From the NCBI GenBank assembly GCA_964658305.1, contig OZ210885.1:8990001-9054000 (forward strand): a stretch of DNA of 64,000 nucleotides. Reading direction: 5' to 3'. The translations under genes were made by a program, and so were the position numbers. Positions 50,162 through 61,951 of this stretch are shown here, one piece after another (position 1 is the stretch's first letter; the number at the start of each line of letters is the position of its first letter). This DNA comes from Leptogorgia sarmentosa (taxonomy: Eukaryota). The notes beneath the pieces are model-generated. The model searched no databases. It had not been told where the DNA came from and worked only from the letters and a program-made list of their open reading frames with translations.

Positions 50162-50227
50162 GGGCTTGCACGGGAATCGAACCCGTGACCTCTCGCACCC
50201 AAAGCGAGAATCATACCACTAGACCAG
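50162..50227 (-). pseudogene. trnP: tRNA-Pro(TGG), 5' end removed by the adjacent insertion
   Basis: Lacks its first ~6 nt; unrelated sequence begins at ~50228. Confidence 0.75.
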
Positions 50228-53200
50228 TAATTTTGGACATTGCTACTGCGCATGCCTGGGCATTTGAAGTAAATATGGCCGCCGTTCTTGTATAGAAATT
50301 ATAGCAGTGTGAAATTGCATATACCGTGAACTTTAGCGCGCCCGCTGACAGTTCGTGGGTTTTCGCACACGCGAAAACACATTGCAGATACACCACCTTT
50401 ACTACAAAACAAGCCTTCGATCAACCACGTTTTTCAGCGGCTTTCCGAAAAGAAATGGCGAGAAGACTACAAAAGACAACGGAAAAAACTACATGTTTTG
50501 ACGCTTTACTTCTTATTTAAATGCGGTATATTGGTTCCGCTGGGATAAAACTAGTTCATGCAAGGTAAGATTGATAAAACCGAGGGTTATTTACAGTTTC
50601 AACTGTTTTATTTTTTTGTTTTATGCCTCGAAAATAGTTCGCTTTTGAAATTGTACATAATTTTTGGTTCTTTATATTTCATTGATTTATGTTCCGTTTT
50701 CAATTATACACTCAATTGTAGCAAGTCCTTTAAATGTTTATTACAGATTTTCAACTATTTTAAAGTAGTTTTTGCCGATTTTTCTTTTGCCAGGAACTAC
50801 TTAGACAATACCAGAAAAAAATACTCGTTTCTTCTTTTATCGAATGTCGACGATACATTTTGGAAATATTAATCACATTCCATTTTTGAAGACAGTGAAA
50901 CACGGACTTTTGTACGATTTTCGCATTTTGTATAGCCCGAGGTATACCCGTTTGAAGGCTATCTTTAAAACAAGGAACGGGGAATGGGGGAACGGAATGA
51001 GGGGAATGAGGGGAATGGCCGGGGAATGAGGGGAATGGCCGGGGAATGAGGGGAATGGCCGGGGAATGAGGGGAATGGCCGGGGAATGAGGGGAATGGCC
51101 GGGGAATGAGGGGAATGGCCGGGGAATGAGGGGAATGGCCGGGGAATGAGGGGAATGGCCGGGGAATGGGGGGAATGGCCGGGGAATGACCGGGGAATGA
51201 CCCGGAAATGAAATATAATTGAAAATTGAATTGAAATGTGATTGTAAATGGGGTTTTCTCTGGGACTGTGTGCTTCTAATAAGAAAGCAAGCTATACTGT
51301 AGCGAATATGACCCGTTTTGTGTACATAAATACATATATATTATATAAAAATAAACTTTCCATGACACATGCATTAATATTGATGTGTTTTGTGAACTGA
51401 ACTCCGAGGAAATATGACAACAAAGCATTTAACTTAAATCCAAGATGGCAGCCATTGTTGTTGTTGTAATGTTGTTTTAGTACAGTCTAAATTAAGTAGT
51501 CAAAATTTATTTGTTGCTCTTTTAAATGAACATGCTAATTCCCGCCCACCAGTAGTAAATGGAACATGCCAATGGAAATTTGGTGTTTTGAAATTTGCCA
51601 TAGGTATATCTGACATAAGACATGTTAGAATTTCATATTTTTCCAGGAACTAAGGAAGTGACAGACAAATCTGACTTAACTATTTCAAGAGCTGTGCATT
51701 GTTGGAAGTTTTACTTGTTATAATTAGACTTCTTGTTATAACTGAAACTACACAACAATTTTTCTATGTTCTGACCACACTTGGTTGCTGAGAAATAACT
51801 GAATTGTTGAATGCCAACCTGTAATACTTTTTGAATCAATATGCACCAAAAATTCACCATCTACATTGGTTTAAATTTAGCATACAGAGTTGAATGACCA
51901 TAAAAGCTTTCACATATGACAGTACATGTGATTTTGTCTTTTTTAATGAAATAAGACAAAATGAGACCATTTGTAAGTATTTTGAATATTTATTATACAA
52001 ACAATAAACAAGGAAATAAATTACTATTGTTACACTTTGAATATTAATAAAAACTTGCTGGTATTAGAATCATGCTTTCCTTGAATATACTTTGAGTATT
52101 TCAGTAAATTAATCATGCAATGATTTTGGTCAAGTGACAACAATTATAGAAATGAACTGTGCAATTGTTGAAAGTTCAAGCACACTTTTTTAGTTTGCAT
52201 GGTGAAACTACTCAATTAATTGTAATCAAAATACTTACAAATGGTCTCATTTTGTCTTATTTCATTAAAAAAGACAAAATCACATGTACTGTCATATGTG
52301 AAAGCTTTTATGGTCATTCAACTCTGTATGCTAAATTTAAACCAATGTAGATGGTGAACTTTTGGTGCATATTGATTCAAAAAGTATTACAGGTTGGCAT
52401 TCAACAATTCAGTTATTTCTCAGCAACCAAGTGTGGTCAGAACATAGAAAAATTGTTGTGTAGTTTCAGTTATAACAAGAAGTCTAATTATAACAAGTAA
52501 AACTTCCAACAATGCACAGCTCTTGAAATAGTTAAGTCAGATTTGTCTGTCACTTCCTTAGTTCCTGGAAAAATATGAAATTCTAACATGTCTTATGCCA
52601 GATATACCTATGGCAAATTTGAAAACACCAAATTTCCATTGGCATGTTCCATTTACTACTAGTGGGCGGGAATTAGCATGTTCATTTAAAAGAGTAACAA
52701 ATAAATTTTGACTACTTAATTTAGACTGTACTAAAACAACATTACAACAACAACAATGGCTGCCATCTTGGATTTTATAATAGGAATCCAAAGTATATAA
52801 ACATTCTGCATTCAAGGCGCTATAGATATATTAAAATATATTAATATCACCATATTTCAAGGAAGCCAAATCTGTTAAATGCTTTGTTGTCATATTTCCT
52901 CGGAGTTCAGTTCACAAAACACATCAATATTAATGCATGTGTCATGGAAAGTTTATTTTTATATAATATATATGTATTTATGTACACAAAACGGGTCATA
53001 TTCGCTACAGTATAGCTTGCTTTCTTATTAGAAGCACACAGTCCCAGAGAAAACCCCATTTACAATACATTTCAATTCAATTTTCAATTATATTTCATTT
53101 CCGGGTCATTCCCCGGTCATTCCCCTCATTCCCCGGCCATTCCCCTCATTCCCCGGTCATTCCCCCCATTCCCCGGCCATTCCCCTCATTCCCCGGCCAT

Positions 53201-54070
53201 TCCCCTCATTCCCCGGCCATTCCCCGGCCATTCCCCTCATTCCCCGGCCATTCCCCTCATTCCCCTCATTCCCCTCATTCCGTTCCCCCATTCCCCGTTC
53301 CTTGTTTTAAAGATAGCCCCCGTTTGAATAATTTTTTGTTTCGTTTTGCCGAACTTTAGATAAATAAACCTTAGTCTTTTTCTTGGTTTACAAAGAGGTT
53401 GTTACCGGTAGTTTAAATAGCCGGCGATACATTTTCATGATTAATAATTTTAACTAAAAGAACTGATATTTCTGTCGAAACTCCTATGCTATGCGTGAGA
53501 AGTCAAAACATTAAAATAGAACAAATTGAATAGTCGCAAAAGCGCATGCGCGACATTAATTTCTGGCCATGGTAAATATATGAATCTCGGATAGTGTAGT
53601 TCATAGCTAAAATTTCCACCGTAAAACCAAGTTTATAAGATGAATCAACGCCGATTTTAAAGAATGAATCTACCCAAAGTTCGGCCATGTTTGGTATCAA
53701 AATAAAGCTTAGGAACCGCTCTATTCTAATAAATAAACCAGGGGGGTCCACGAAATAATCTCAAGATAAAAATGCGCTTGCAATTTTATTTCCGGTGCCG
53801 CGCTGGCGGGAATCATCCCGTGTGAGATTGTGGTATTTTTCTGCGTGTAAGGATTCTCTCAACTTCATATAGACGACTGTGTTTTCTTTTAGGCACGCCG
53901 CTATATAAAGTTGTTGATGATAATTCGTTTAGTTTTTTCATTGTCGATAGCAAGAGCGGAAAAACGCTTTGTTTGCGTATTTCTCGACGCCATTTTCTTT
54001 CATAATTTGTAATTGCTGGCTGCTGCGCGGGCGCATGTCCGACATTTCTGGCAATGTGAAAAATTTACTC
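50225..54070. mobile_element. Putative non-autonomous DNA transposon hosting the foldback
   Basis: Imperfect TIRs cagtaattttggacattgc and gcaatgtgaaaaatttactc; no TSD seen. Confidence 0.4.
50957..53318. mobile_element. Foldback (Mutator-like) element: ~1-kb TIRs, 240-bp spacer, 10-bp TSD CCCGTTTGAA
   Basis: 50957-51985 is inverted relative to 52226-53318; termini GGCTATC...GATAGCC; subterminal GGGGAATGAGGGGAATGGCC arrays. Confidence 0.93.
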
Positions 54071-54362
54071 TATCCCCTTGCGAGTTCTTTCAACTAAAAC
54101 AAAAATCAGAATAACGAAAATTTCGTTCCGAAGGCACGATAAAATGTCTTTAATTCCTGCGGAATGGGAATGTTTTTCGCACCAATGCCAAAAATTTCCA
54201 CACATTTTTATCATAGAAATAGATGTATTCACTTTAATTAGATAACTATTATCCGAAATTTGTGGTGCCATTTCGTGGTTCCAATATAATTATTTCCAAG
54301 TAACAAATTTAAAATTAAAACAGTAACACTTTCCTCCCTCAGACGTTGAACTATTGATTCCT

Positions 54363-54441
54363 TGTTTCTGCCCAGGATTGAACTGGGGACCTTGCGCGTG
54401 TGAGGCGCACGTGATAACCACTACACTACGTATACAGAAAC
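54363..54441 (-). pseudogene. trnV: tRNA-Val(CAC) with a 6-bp insertion at the acceptor/D-arm junction
   Basis: Otherwise near intact; extra gtatac. Confidence 0.75.
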
Positions 54442-57404
54442 GAATTGGAACAAAATTACAAAACAGATACAAAGTCCTGGAGAAGTGAATCGATGAAACA
54501 AAAAATTTGAAACAAATTCATGGCGATGCAAGTCCTAGTCAGATTTAAACTGGGGTCTTTGCAGTGTTAGAAGCGTGTATTAACCAGTGCACTAAACGAG
54601 AAGTATACCAATTCCTCAATTTCACCCTCCCAAACACTAACAAGATAACACAAAAACAACATAAACACAGTATTTCCTATGACCATTGAAAATTCCCAAT
54701 GGTATTAAAATCGTTCGATTTTAATCCGCCACGTATTCGGCTCACGTCAGTTGTCAAGGGAAAATCAGAACGGGGTCTGGCATGTTGAAGGAGAATAAGA
54801 ATAAAATTATTAGAGGACAATAATCTCAAACAATCGTTTACTTCCACGATTTTGTTTGTCGTTTTTCGTGACGTTCACGTTCTGTATGTTTAAGGTCGCT
54901 GTTGTCAAGGTAAGGGGGAGGCGGGTGAAGGCGGGTGAGGGCGGGGTGGAGGACAGAAAATTTCTGAAATTTGAACCGCAAATGCCATTTTCTTCGTTCT
55001 GATATGGAGTAAGACCTAAACCTCAGTTTAATTTGTTAATGGAAGAACAATTTTTGCTCGCCGGGCGACGATTTAGGGCAAGTTCCCAAACCGTCCGATC
55101 GCAACGCCGTGCTTTTCATTTGTGAATTAGCGAAATAAATGAGCGAAAATTTTATGTATGCTAATGATTGTTATGTATTGGCAAATTTGTAATTGTTTCA
55201 ACGTCAATGAATTCATCTATAATGCAGAATAGCGGAGGGAAACATCTGCCAATTGAAACACAAAACAAATTTGTTGATATGTTGTGGACACCAGGCAAGA
55301 CTTTGCTACGCGTCAACAAAAGAGGCCAGCGAAACCGAAATTAAGAAATTGGAAATTGGAACCGTCTTAAAGGTGAGCTTATACGTTATACGTTAAACAA
55401 ATAAAGGATCAGTGGATTTATATATATTCCGTATCTTGAATTTATGCAAAGAAGTTGTACAATGTTTCATGCAAAGTTAAGACAAAATATGGCAACATGA
55501 TAAATAATACTCACTTTGAAAACATGGGTCATTAACAACGACACAGTACCATAAAAACCTCCCACTCTAGTTCACTAGTTGAGTGCTTACAACGCCAGAT
55601 AATTTCAATAGACGGCTCAGGCATGTTACTATATACTGTAGTAACTTTCCTTTACAATAATTTGGTTCCCTGGGTAGTCAAAATATTTTGCCATTTACAT
55701 TTTGCCGTTAAGGGAAAAACCTGAACCAGTCTTCATCAACATAGCTGGAATCCGACAGATCCTGTGTGTAAACTGACCCATTTTGGTAAATAATATTTGA
55801 GATAAATTGTCCCTCATTAGGCATTTAAGTTTGATGTTTGCGGCACATGGCTAACCGCAAACGGCAAATCGTATATTGAGTTCTGCTGTTCGTTGTCCTG
55901 CTGTTTCGTTGTCTGAAGTTGGGGTGATTCAGAAAACTGAAGCGTGAATCATTTTTACTGCCGAAAACTTGTAGAAATTATTTTAAAATACGATTTGAAG
56001 TTTGCCGCTCGTGGTTAGCAGGGGCGTAGGGAAGGGTGTACATTCAGTGTGGAGGTGCAATATAACGCCGAAAAGGCGGCAACTCATTATTATTCAGTTC
56101 AATCTCGTACATATTCAGGGCCCGGTTGCATCAAAGGCGTTTAGCCTAGGGATATGATTTTCCACGGGCGGACCCTAACCCTAACCTCTCTAGAGAGGTC
56201 GAGGCAACAATGTATAAGCCTGTCAGCGGTTCCACAAAACAATCAACATCATTCAATCGAATGAATTGTTATATATTACTTTCTTGAAGAGTACAAAACG
56301 TCTATCTGTCTATCTAAACAATATAAAAGTATAAAATATTTCTTCAAATGTATAAATTGGGTATATCAAGAACGTACTATTTGACCGCCAGCCGGTCAGG
56401 TTTCAAAATGTAATAAGTGACAGGCAGTCACAAAGTCGCAGCCTAATATAAAATTGTTTGCTTACGGCGACCTTTCTGTGAGCTGGCTGCCAGCGCGTTT
56501 GTTAATTAAGGATCGCAACACGCAACAAACCGAAGCGTGGTGGGGCTGCAATTTCTTTTCGCCGGTAACTTGTTTATTTTTTTCCAAGTCACATTTTTCA
56601 AATCGAACGTTCTCAAATTTGTCGAAACCAAACATCTGAAAGTGACTGAGAAGTTATAGATTGGCAATTCTACGTCTTAAATGAACACTGCACACTGAAA
56701 TTAACTACATCACTCACCCTTCCACCATGAAAACTAGAAAATCTACGAGTTCCTAAATGTTTCATACTATGTCAACCTTACTTAGCCAAATTTCAATAGA
56801 GATGTGTCAATGTTTGAAATGTTCAATTTCTTTTTTTATTTCTTCAATGAAATGCATGATGTATTATGATAACCGATTTCGAAACATTGATATATTTTCT
56901 TGTTAATTGATACCATATTTTTAGCCGGTACGAACCTTAGAGATAATAAAAACTACCAAAAGTTGAGTTTTACACGAACTATATTTACAGTAAAAAATAA
57001 ACAACTTCAGCAATAACATCAAACTAAGCTAAGCTATGAAGATTAACAACTTTATGTAGAAAACGAGCATGGGATTTTTTGTTCGATGTCAAAAATTGAA
57101 AAACCGGTAACTCCATTAACAAACGCGATTACTTCTAGGCCTTAAGGCCAGATTCCACGACGGCGAAATATTTCGCGAGAAATTGTGTCTGCGAAATGCG
57201 GATGGTTGCACATGAACGATTCTATTGAATTCTACCACATTTTTCGATTTCGCAGTGAGTACTACTGCTGACGTCTGTTTCACTAAAAAAAATTCTTTAG
57301 AAAAAATTGGCTTCTATTCACATTTCATAATATCGCAAGTATTCACTTCGAAATATGTTTTTACACGATTTTCAAAAACTTATTTTACAAACATTTATCC
57401 TCAT

Positions 57405-57486
57405 AGACTCATCAGAGAATTGAACTCTGCACCCCTGGTTTACGAAACCTGTACTCTATACCCCTATACCCCTGAGCTAATGAGGC
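57405..57486 (-). pseudogene. trnT: tRNA-Thr(CGT)-like pseudogene
   Basis: Paralog of the 33810 copy with a CGT anticodon and a different small duplication. Confidence 0.7.
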
Positions 57487-57640
57487 GACCTGCAGGTGAA
57501 ACCTTCTAAGATGCTATATCGTACATAAGGCTCTTTGATTAGGTCTATTATTTAATCAGTCTCCACATCTTGGATATACCTCATACAACATATTCGTGGC
57601 AATTGTCTCCACCGTGCTTCGAAGAAATCGAGAAAAATTG

Positions 57641-57720
57641 AGCCTCATCAGAGATTTGAACTCTGGACCCCTGGTTTACTAGCTGTTTTACTAGACCAGT
57701 GCTCTAACTCCAGAGCTAAT
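57641..57720 (-). pseudogene. trnT: tRNA-Thr(AGT) with intron, 5'-truncated
   Basis: Intron intact; 5' acceptor strand deleted. Confidence 0.72.
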
Positions 57721-58014
57721 TGCTTTCACAAGCTTGCTGTTGAATTTTATTACCTAATTTACCTTTGCTATTCTTCACTAATTCATTCATATTGCAAAAT
57801 GATTAAAATTCAGATTATATGTCCTGGTTTTCTACCTTTGACAAACGATTACTTCCAGAGTCGATAAGTCTGTTAGAAGTTCCTCACTTCCTGTGACAAG
57901 TTCCCCGCTTATTGACTTCTTGTGTGAAAGTTGTAACTTAAAACCACGAAATGGCACCACAAATTTCGAACAATAATTATCTAAACTGAATTATATTATT
58001 TTGCGCGTAGGTCA

Positions 58015-58087
58015 GTTTCCGTAGTGTAGTGGTTATCACATGCGCTTAACACGCGCAAGGTCCTCAGTTCGAACCTGGGCGGAAACA
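58015..58087 (+). tRNA. trnV: tRNA-Val(AAC)
   Basis: Intact cloverleaf. Confidence 0.9.
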
Positions 58088-58219
58088 TACATATGAGCTT
58101 TTTTAACTGCGGACATTGTTTTCTTCGGAATTTTTCGGAAAAATATTCTTGGTGATATCAAATTTGTGTAAATAGATCAGCTCTGCGAAGAAATGTTCTC
58201 AATTTGTTTGCAAATTTGT

Positions 58220-58343
58220 TGTCAGGAGTGGGATTCGAACCCACGACCACATGTGTGGACCAGAACGCCCTATTATGTTAAGATTAATCGTGACAAGTTT
58301 TTGCACTTGAGTCTGGCGCCTGAGACCGCTCGGCCTTCCTGAC
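58220..58343 (-). tRNA. trnL: tRNA-Leu(CAA) with intron (U8 and D-loop variants)
   Basis: Full-length paralog. Confidence 0.7.
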
Positions 58344-58836
58344 ACACATGAAAACATGCAATTTCCTACCACATTTATTCTTTGCTACCTTCAACATGCC
58401 ACATCCCGTTCTGATATTCTCTTGACAACTGACGTGAGCCGAATACGTGACGGAGGCACACATTATTTCATTGGAAGTTTTTGTGTCAATCGCAGTTAAA
58501 ATCAAACGATTTTAAAACCATTGCGAATTTTCAATGATTATCGGAAATACTGTGTTTATGTTGTTTTTGTATTATCTTGTTAGTGTTTGGGAGGGTGAAA
58601 TTGAGGAATTGCTATACTTCTCGTTTAGTACACCAAGATGCAGGAGTGGGATTCAGATGTTTTTCCAATTTAGATAAGAAAACATGTTGATAAAAAAACA
58701 TACATGCACTGGTAAAAGTAACTGCAAGTCGTGCATCTTTGCAAAATAATCGTTCGCACGTCCCAGCGAACTTGTATAGGAAATTACGCGGTTCGAGAAG
58801 TATTAATGAAAAATTGCACGCTTGTTTGGCGAAATA

Positions 58837-59592
58837 TATATATGTTATTTACCGGCTGGGAGGTCCGGATAGAAAAATATTTTGTCGAGGTCTCAAAAAC
58901 GGCCCGAGGCCGAAGGCCGAGGGACGTTTTTGAGACCGAGACAAAATATTTTTCTATCCGGACCGACCTAAACGGTAAATAACGGATTTATTTTTTTGCT
59001 GCGCAATGCTATGATCAAACTCATAAGAAATTCCAGTGTAGCGAACTAGATTTGAGATCAGTTGTGTTTGTTTACTTTGTTACTCTATCGCAAGTATTGC
59101 TGCTAAACAGCCAAGACGAAGTGAAAAAAAACCTTCAGTTTTAGTACAATTGCTGCCTTTTCACTCAACATGACAATCAAAAAGGTAAATTTATTGAAAT
59201 TATTTATCTTCTTTTACATTACACGATAAAAACACGGTTAAATATGCTTTAATACGACACCGAAATATTTCGCCGAAAATGTTTCTTCGTACTAAAAATT
59301 ATTTATAAAAATATAGAAGTGAAATTAACTTTAAACTTATGTAAATCAACTGGTCATAGTATTTTATTAAAAAGGATGAATTTAAGTCAGGATAAACTGC
59401 AGATTTTCGATATATATTGCATTTTTTTGCCATTAAAACAAACATGCAAAGGATATTTTATTTGCTTCGGCCATTACGGATTTAGGATTCCGGACCGTGG
59501 TCAAGATATCGTAAAATTCCGCCCGCTGCTGCAGCCAATCAGATTGCAGAAAACGCTAGGATTCCGCCCGCTGCTGATTTACAAAAAAATAA
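58837..59592 (+). mobile_element. Hairpin-headed Crypton-like element inserted into another hairpin element
   Basis: Homologous to 38246-39007; empty site visible at ~35270. Confidence 0.8.
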
Positions 59593-59961
59593 TTGGCGGT
59601 ATTTCGCCAAACATAAGTGCAATTTTTCATTAATACTTCGAGAACACGTGTAATTTCTTTTAATATCATTGTAGTCAATTTCAGGGCAATTTCAATATCA
59701 AACAAATGAAAATCCATCGTAAAATTATACGAGAAACGAAAATTTTACTGTAGTTTTACTTGTTTTTAAATTTACCACTCGCATATCACGGTCTCGAAAC
59801 CGAGGTATTTGAAAAATTAATTACACACCTGTGTAATAGGTAATGTTTAATTCGCACAGTTGTTGAAGCTTTTTAGCCAATCAATTTAGCGCTGAGAGTG
59901 TAGGTCAGTTGTAAATGTCAATGTTTAGTTGAATAACGCGAAACCTGTTGATTGCAGCAAT

Positions 59962-60046
59962 GTAGTCGTGGCCGAGCGGTTAAGGCGACAGACTAGAAAT
60001 CTGTTGGGAGTAGTTTCCCGCGCAGGTTCAAATCCTGCCGACGACG
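59962..60046 (+). pseudogene. trnS: tRNA-Ser(AGA), degenerate
   Basis: 3-nt variable-arm insertion and acceptor mismatch. Confidence 0.72.
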
Positions 60047-60113
60047 CTTTGCAAAGCCTCGAATGTAAACATGATTTTTTGGGGAAAAAACTTGATGAGA
60101 AGAGATTCTGTTC

Positions 60114-61119
60114 TAGCCTCCTCCGCAGGCATCTCTAGTGTTATTAAGAGTTTTAACATTCGGCTTGGGTTAGCTGTGTCGAGGAAGGCGAAAAAAAATC
60201 GGGAGAGATGCCTGCCATAAATCGAACAAAGTGGACGTCTGATGGCACCTCATTGGACGTCATACGGGAGCAGGGTCCCCTAAGTAGTTTTTTGCGTCCT
60301 AGCTAATTATAAATTCAGTTTGTCGGATTCGATCGAAGAGCGAAGGCAGTGTTTTCCTGATGGCTTCAAAGATTCCAATTTACAAGAAAAGTTCCTTGCC
60401 GATTGCTAGCAAAGATTACCGTAGCGTTGTACAGGATGTGAGAAAGAGACAATCGGCAATACAAGTGAAGCTAAGGGATACGCAAAATTTAAAAACACAG
60501 TTAGGCAAGCTTGCCGCAGATATTGAAGCGACCAAAGATCAAGATCGTTCTAAGACTTGAATTAATTCCACAAATACTTCCCCGTTGCTTATCTTAACGT
60601 CATACAACTCTTTAAGTTGCAATTTGGAGTCGATAACAACAACGTTTTTTGACTCTGACATATTCCGTAAAGCGCTCAACTCAACGAACAGTAATCCCAT
60701 TTTAATTGCTGCCTCTCGTGAACAATTTGCTTGGACTGAGACATTTAGGCCTTCTTCTTCACAACTAGCGTGAAAACCGCGTGCATTTAATGGATCAAAC
60801 GCGGGGAGATTCGATATTTTCTCAATTATATTTTTCTCTCTTTCAGCTTTCGCATTAGTATTTTGATAACAAAATAGCCTCTCCCCACTCCCAAAGAAAA
60901 AGTATCAAATGACAAAGCCGACAAATTACTTCAATGTTGCCTTTATGTCCCCCCCACAGTAACGATTTGTATGCGCGAGCCGGTATGCGCAGTGCAAGTT
61001 ATTGTGTCGATTTATGGCAGGCATCTCTCCGAATTTTTTCCCCGCCCCCACTACAGTTAGTACATAGAGATCAGAGACAAGAAGAGATCAGAGACAAGAG
61101 ATGCCTGCGGAGGAGGCTA
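60114..61119. mobile_element. Non-autonomous Academ-like (AcademH-type) DNA transposon, 9-bp TSD ATTCTGTTC
   Basis: Perfect 23-bp TIR TAGCCTCCTCCGCAGGCATCTCT; inverted subterminal repeats; empty site at ~48545. Confidence 0.85.
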
Positions 61120-61272
61120 ATTCTGTTCTCGGTGGTGGTGGCGATGAGTGTTTAAAGTGACAGATTCGAGATGATTTTGTATTTAAATGTAAAATTGAAA
61201 AAAAGAGGTCCGTGAATTGATTATAGCTGCGTTTGAAATAATATGTACATAGTTAACCTGGTAGTCCACCCA

Positions 61273-61344
61273 GAGAGTGTAGCTCAGTGGTAGAGCATTC
61301 GACTGCAGATCGAGAGGTCGGTGGTTCAAACACGCCCGCTCCTT
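61273..61344 (+). pseudogene. trnC: tRNA-Cys(GCA), degenerate
   Basis: T-arm and acceptor substitutions relative to the 48778 copy. Confidence 0.72.
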
Positions 61345-61557
61345 CTTATCATACACATAAACTGGAAACCTTTCAAATTCATGGGAAAGAATGCAACCCA
61401 AAGGTTTAAGGTGCATATACTACCATTCGTGTTAAATATATCCCCCAATGCTTGAATACGATTAGTCCTTCTGTTAAGTAGTAAAATATTTTGTTCGAGT
61501 CTACGGGCAGATTGAAGATTTATTCAGTTCGAAGTTCAAGCCAAGATTAATGCCAAC

Positions 61558-61639
61558 GTTGTCGTGGCCGAGTGCTTAAGGCGACAGACTTGAAATCGGT
61601 TGGGAAATTCCCGCGCAGGTTCAAATCCTGCCGACTACA
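61558..61639 (+). pseudogene. trnS: tRNA-Ser(TGA), degenerate
   Basis: Multiple stem substitutions. Confidence 0.72.
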
Positions 61640-61901
61640 CAACAGCAAATTTTCAACATTTTCTATGCACAATGTATTTGGGAAAATTTTGGTGTTATAG
61701 GATGCAATAAAGGAGAAAAAAAGAGAAAAGTTATAAAAAGGAGTTCACTAAGAAACTTTTTTAAAGCAAAGTTTTCAACTTCTAACTCGACTCCGAAGGA
61801 CGGGTGCTGTTTGTGGTCTTTGGAAAACTCACGAGTGTATGTTGTTAAATAGTAATATCCATTATTTTTGTATTTCTTTTCGGAAGGTTTTCACGGAGTC
61901 G

Positions 61902-61919
61902 GTCTCTGTGGTGCAATCA

Positions 61920-61951
<32 letters not shown>

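Larger units (their letters stand above)
55630..59660 (+). repeat. Segmental duplication, copy 2 (lacks the FUT block; carries an extra insertion)
   Basis: Aligns to 29418-30378 joined directly to 32975-35340. Confidence 0.9.

Noticed and set aside
56175..56190. Telomeric repeat (ccctaa)2
   Set aside because: Only two units, from a slippage duplication relative to the paralog at ~29970.
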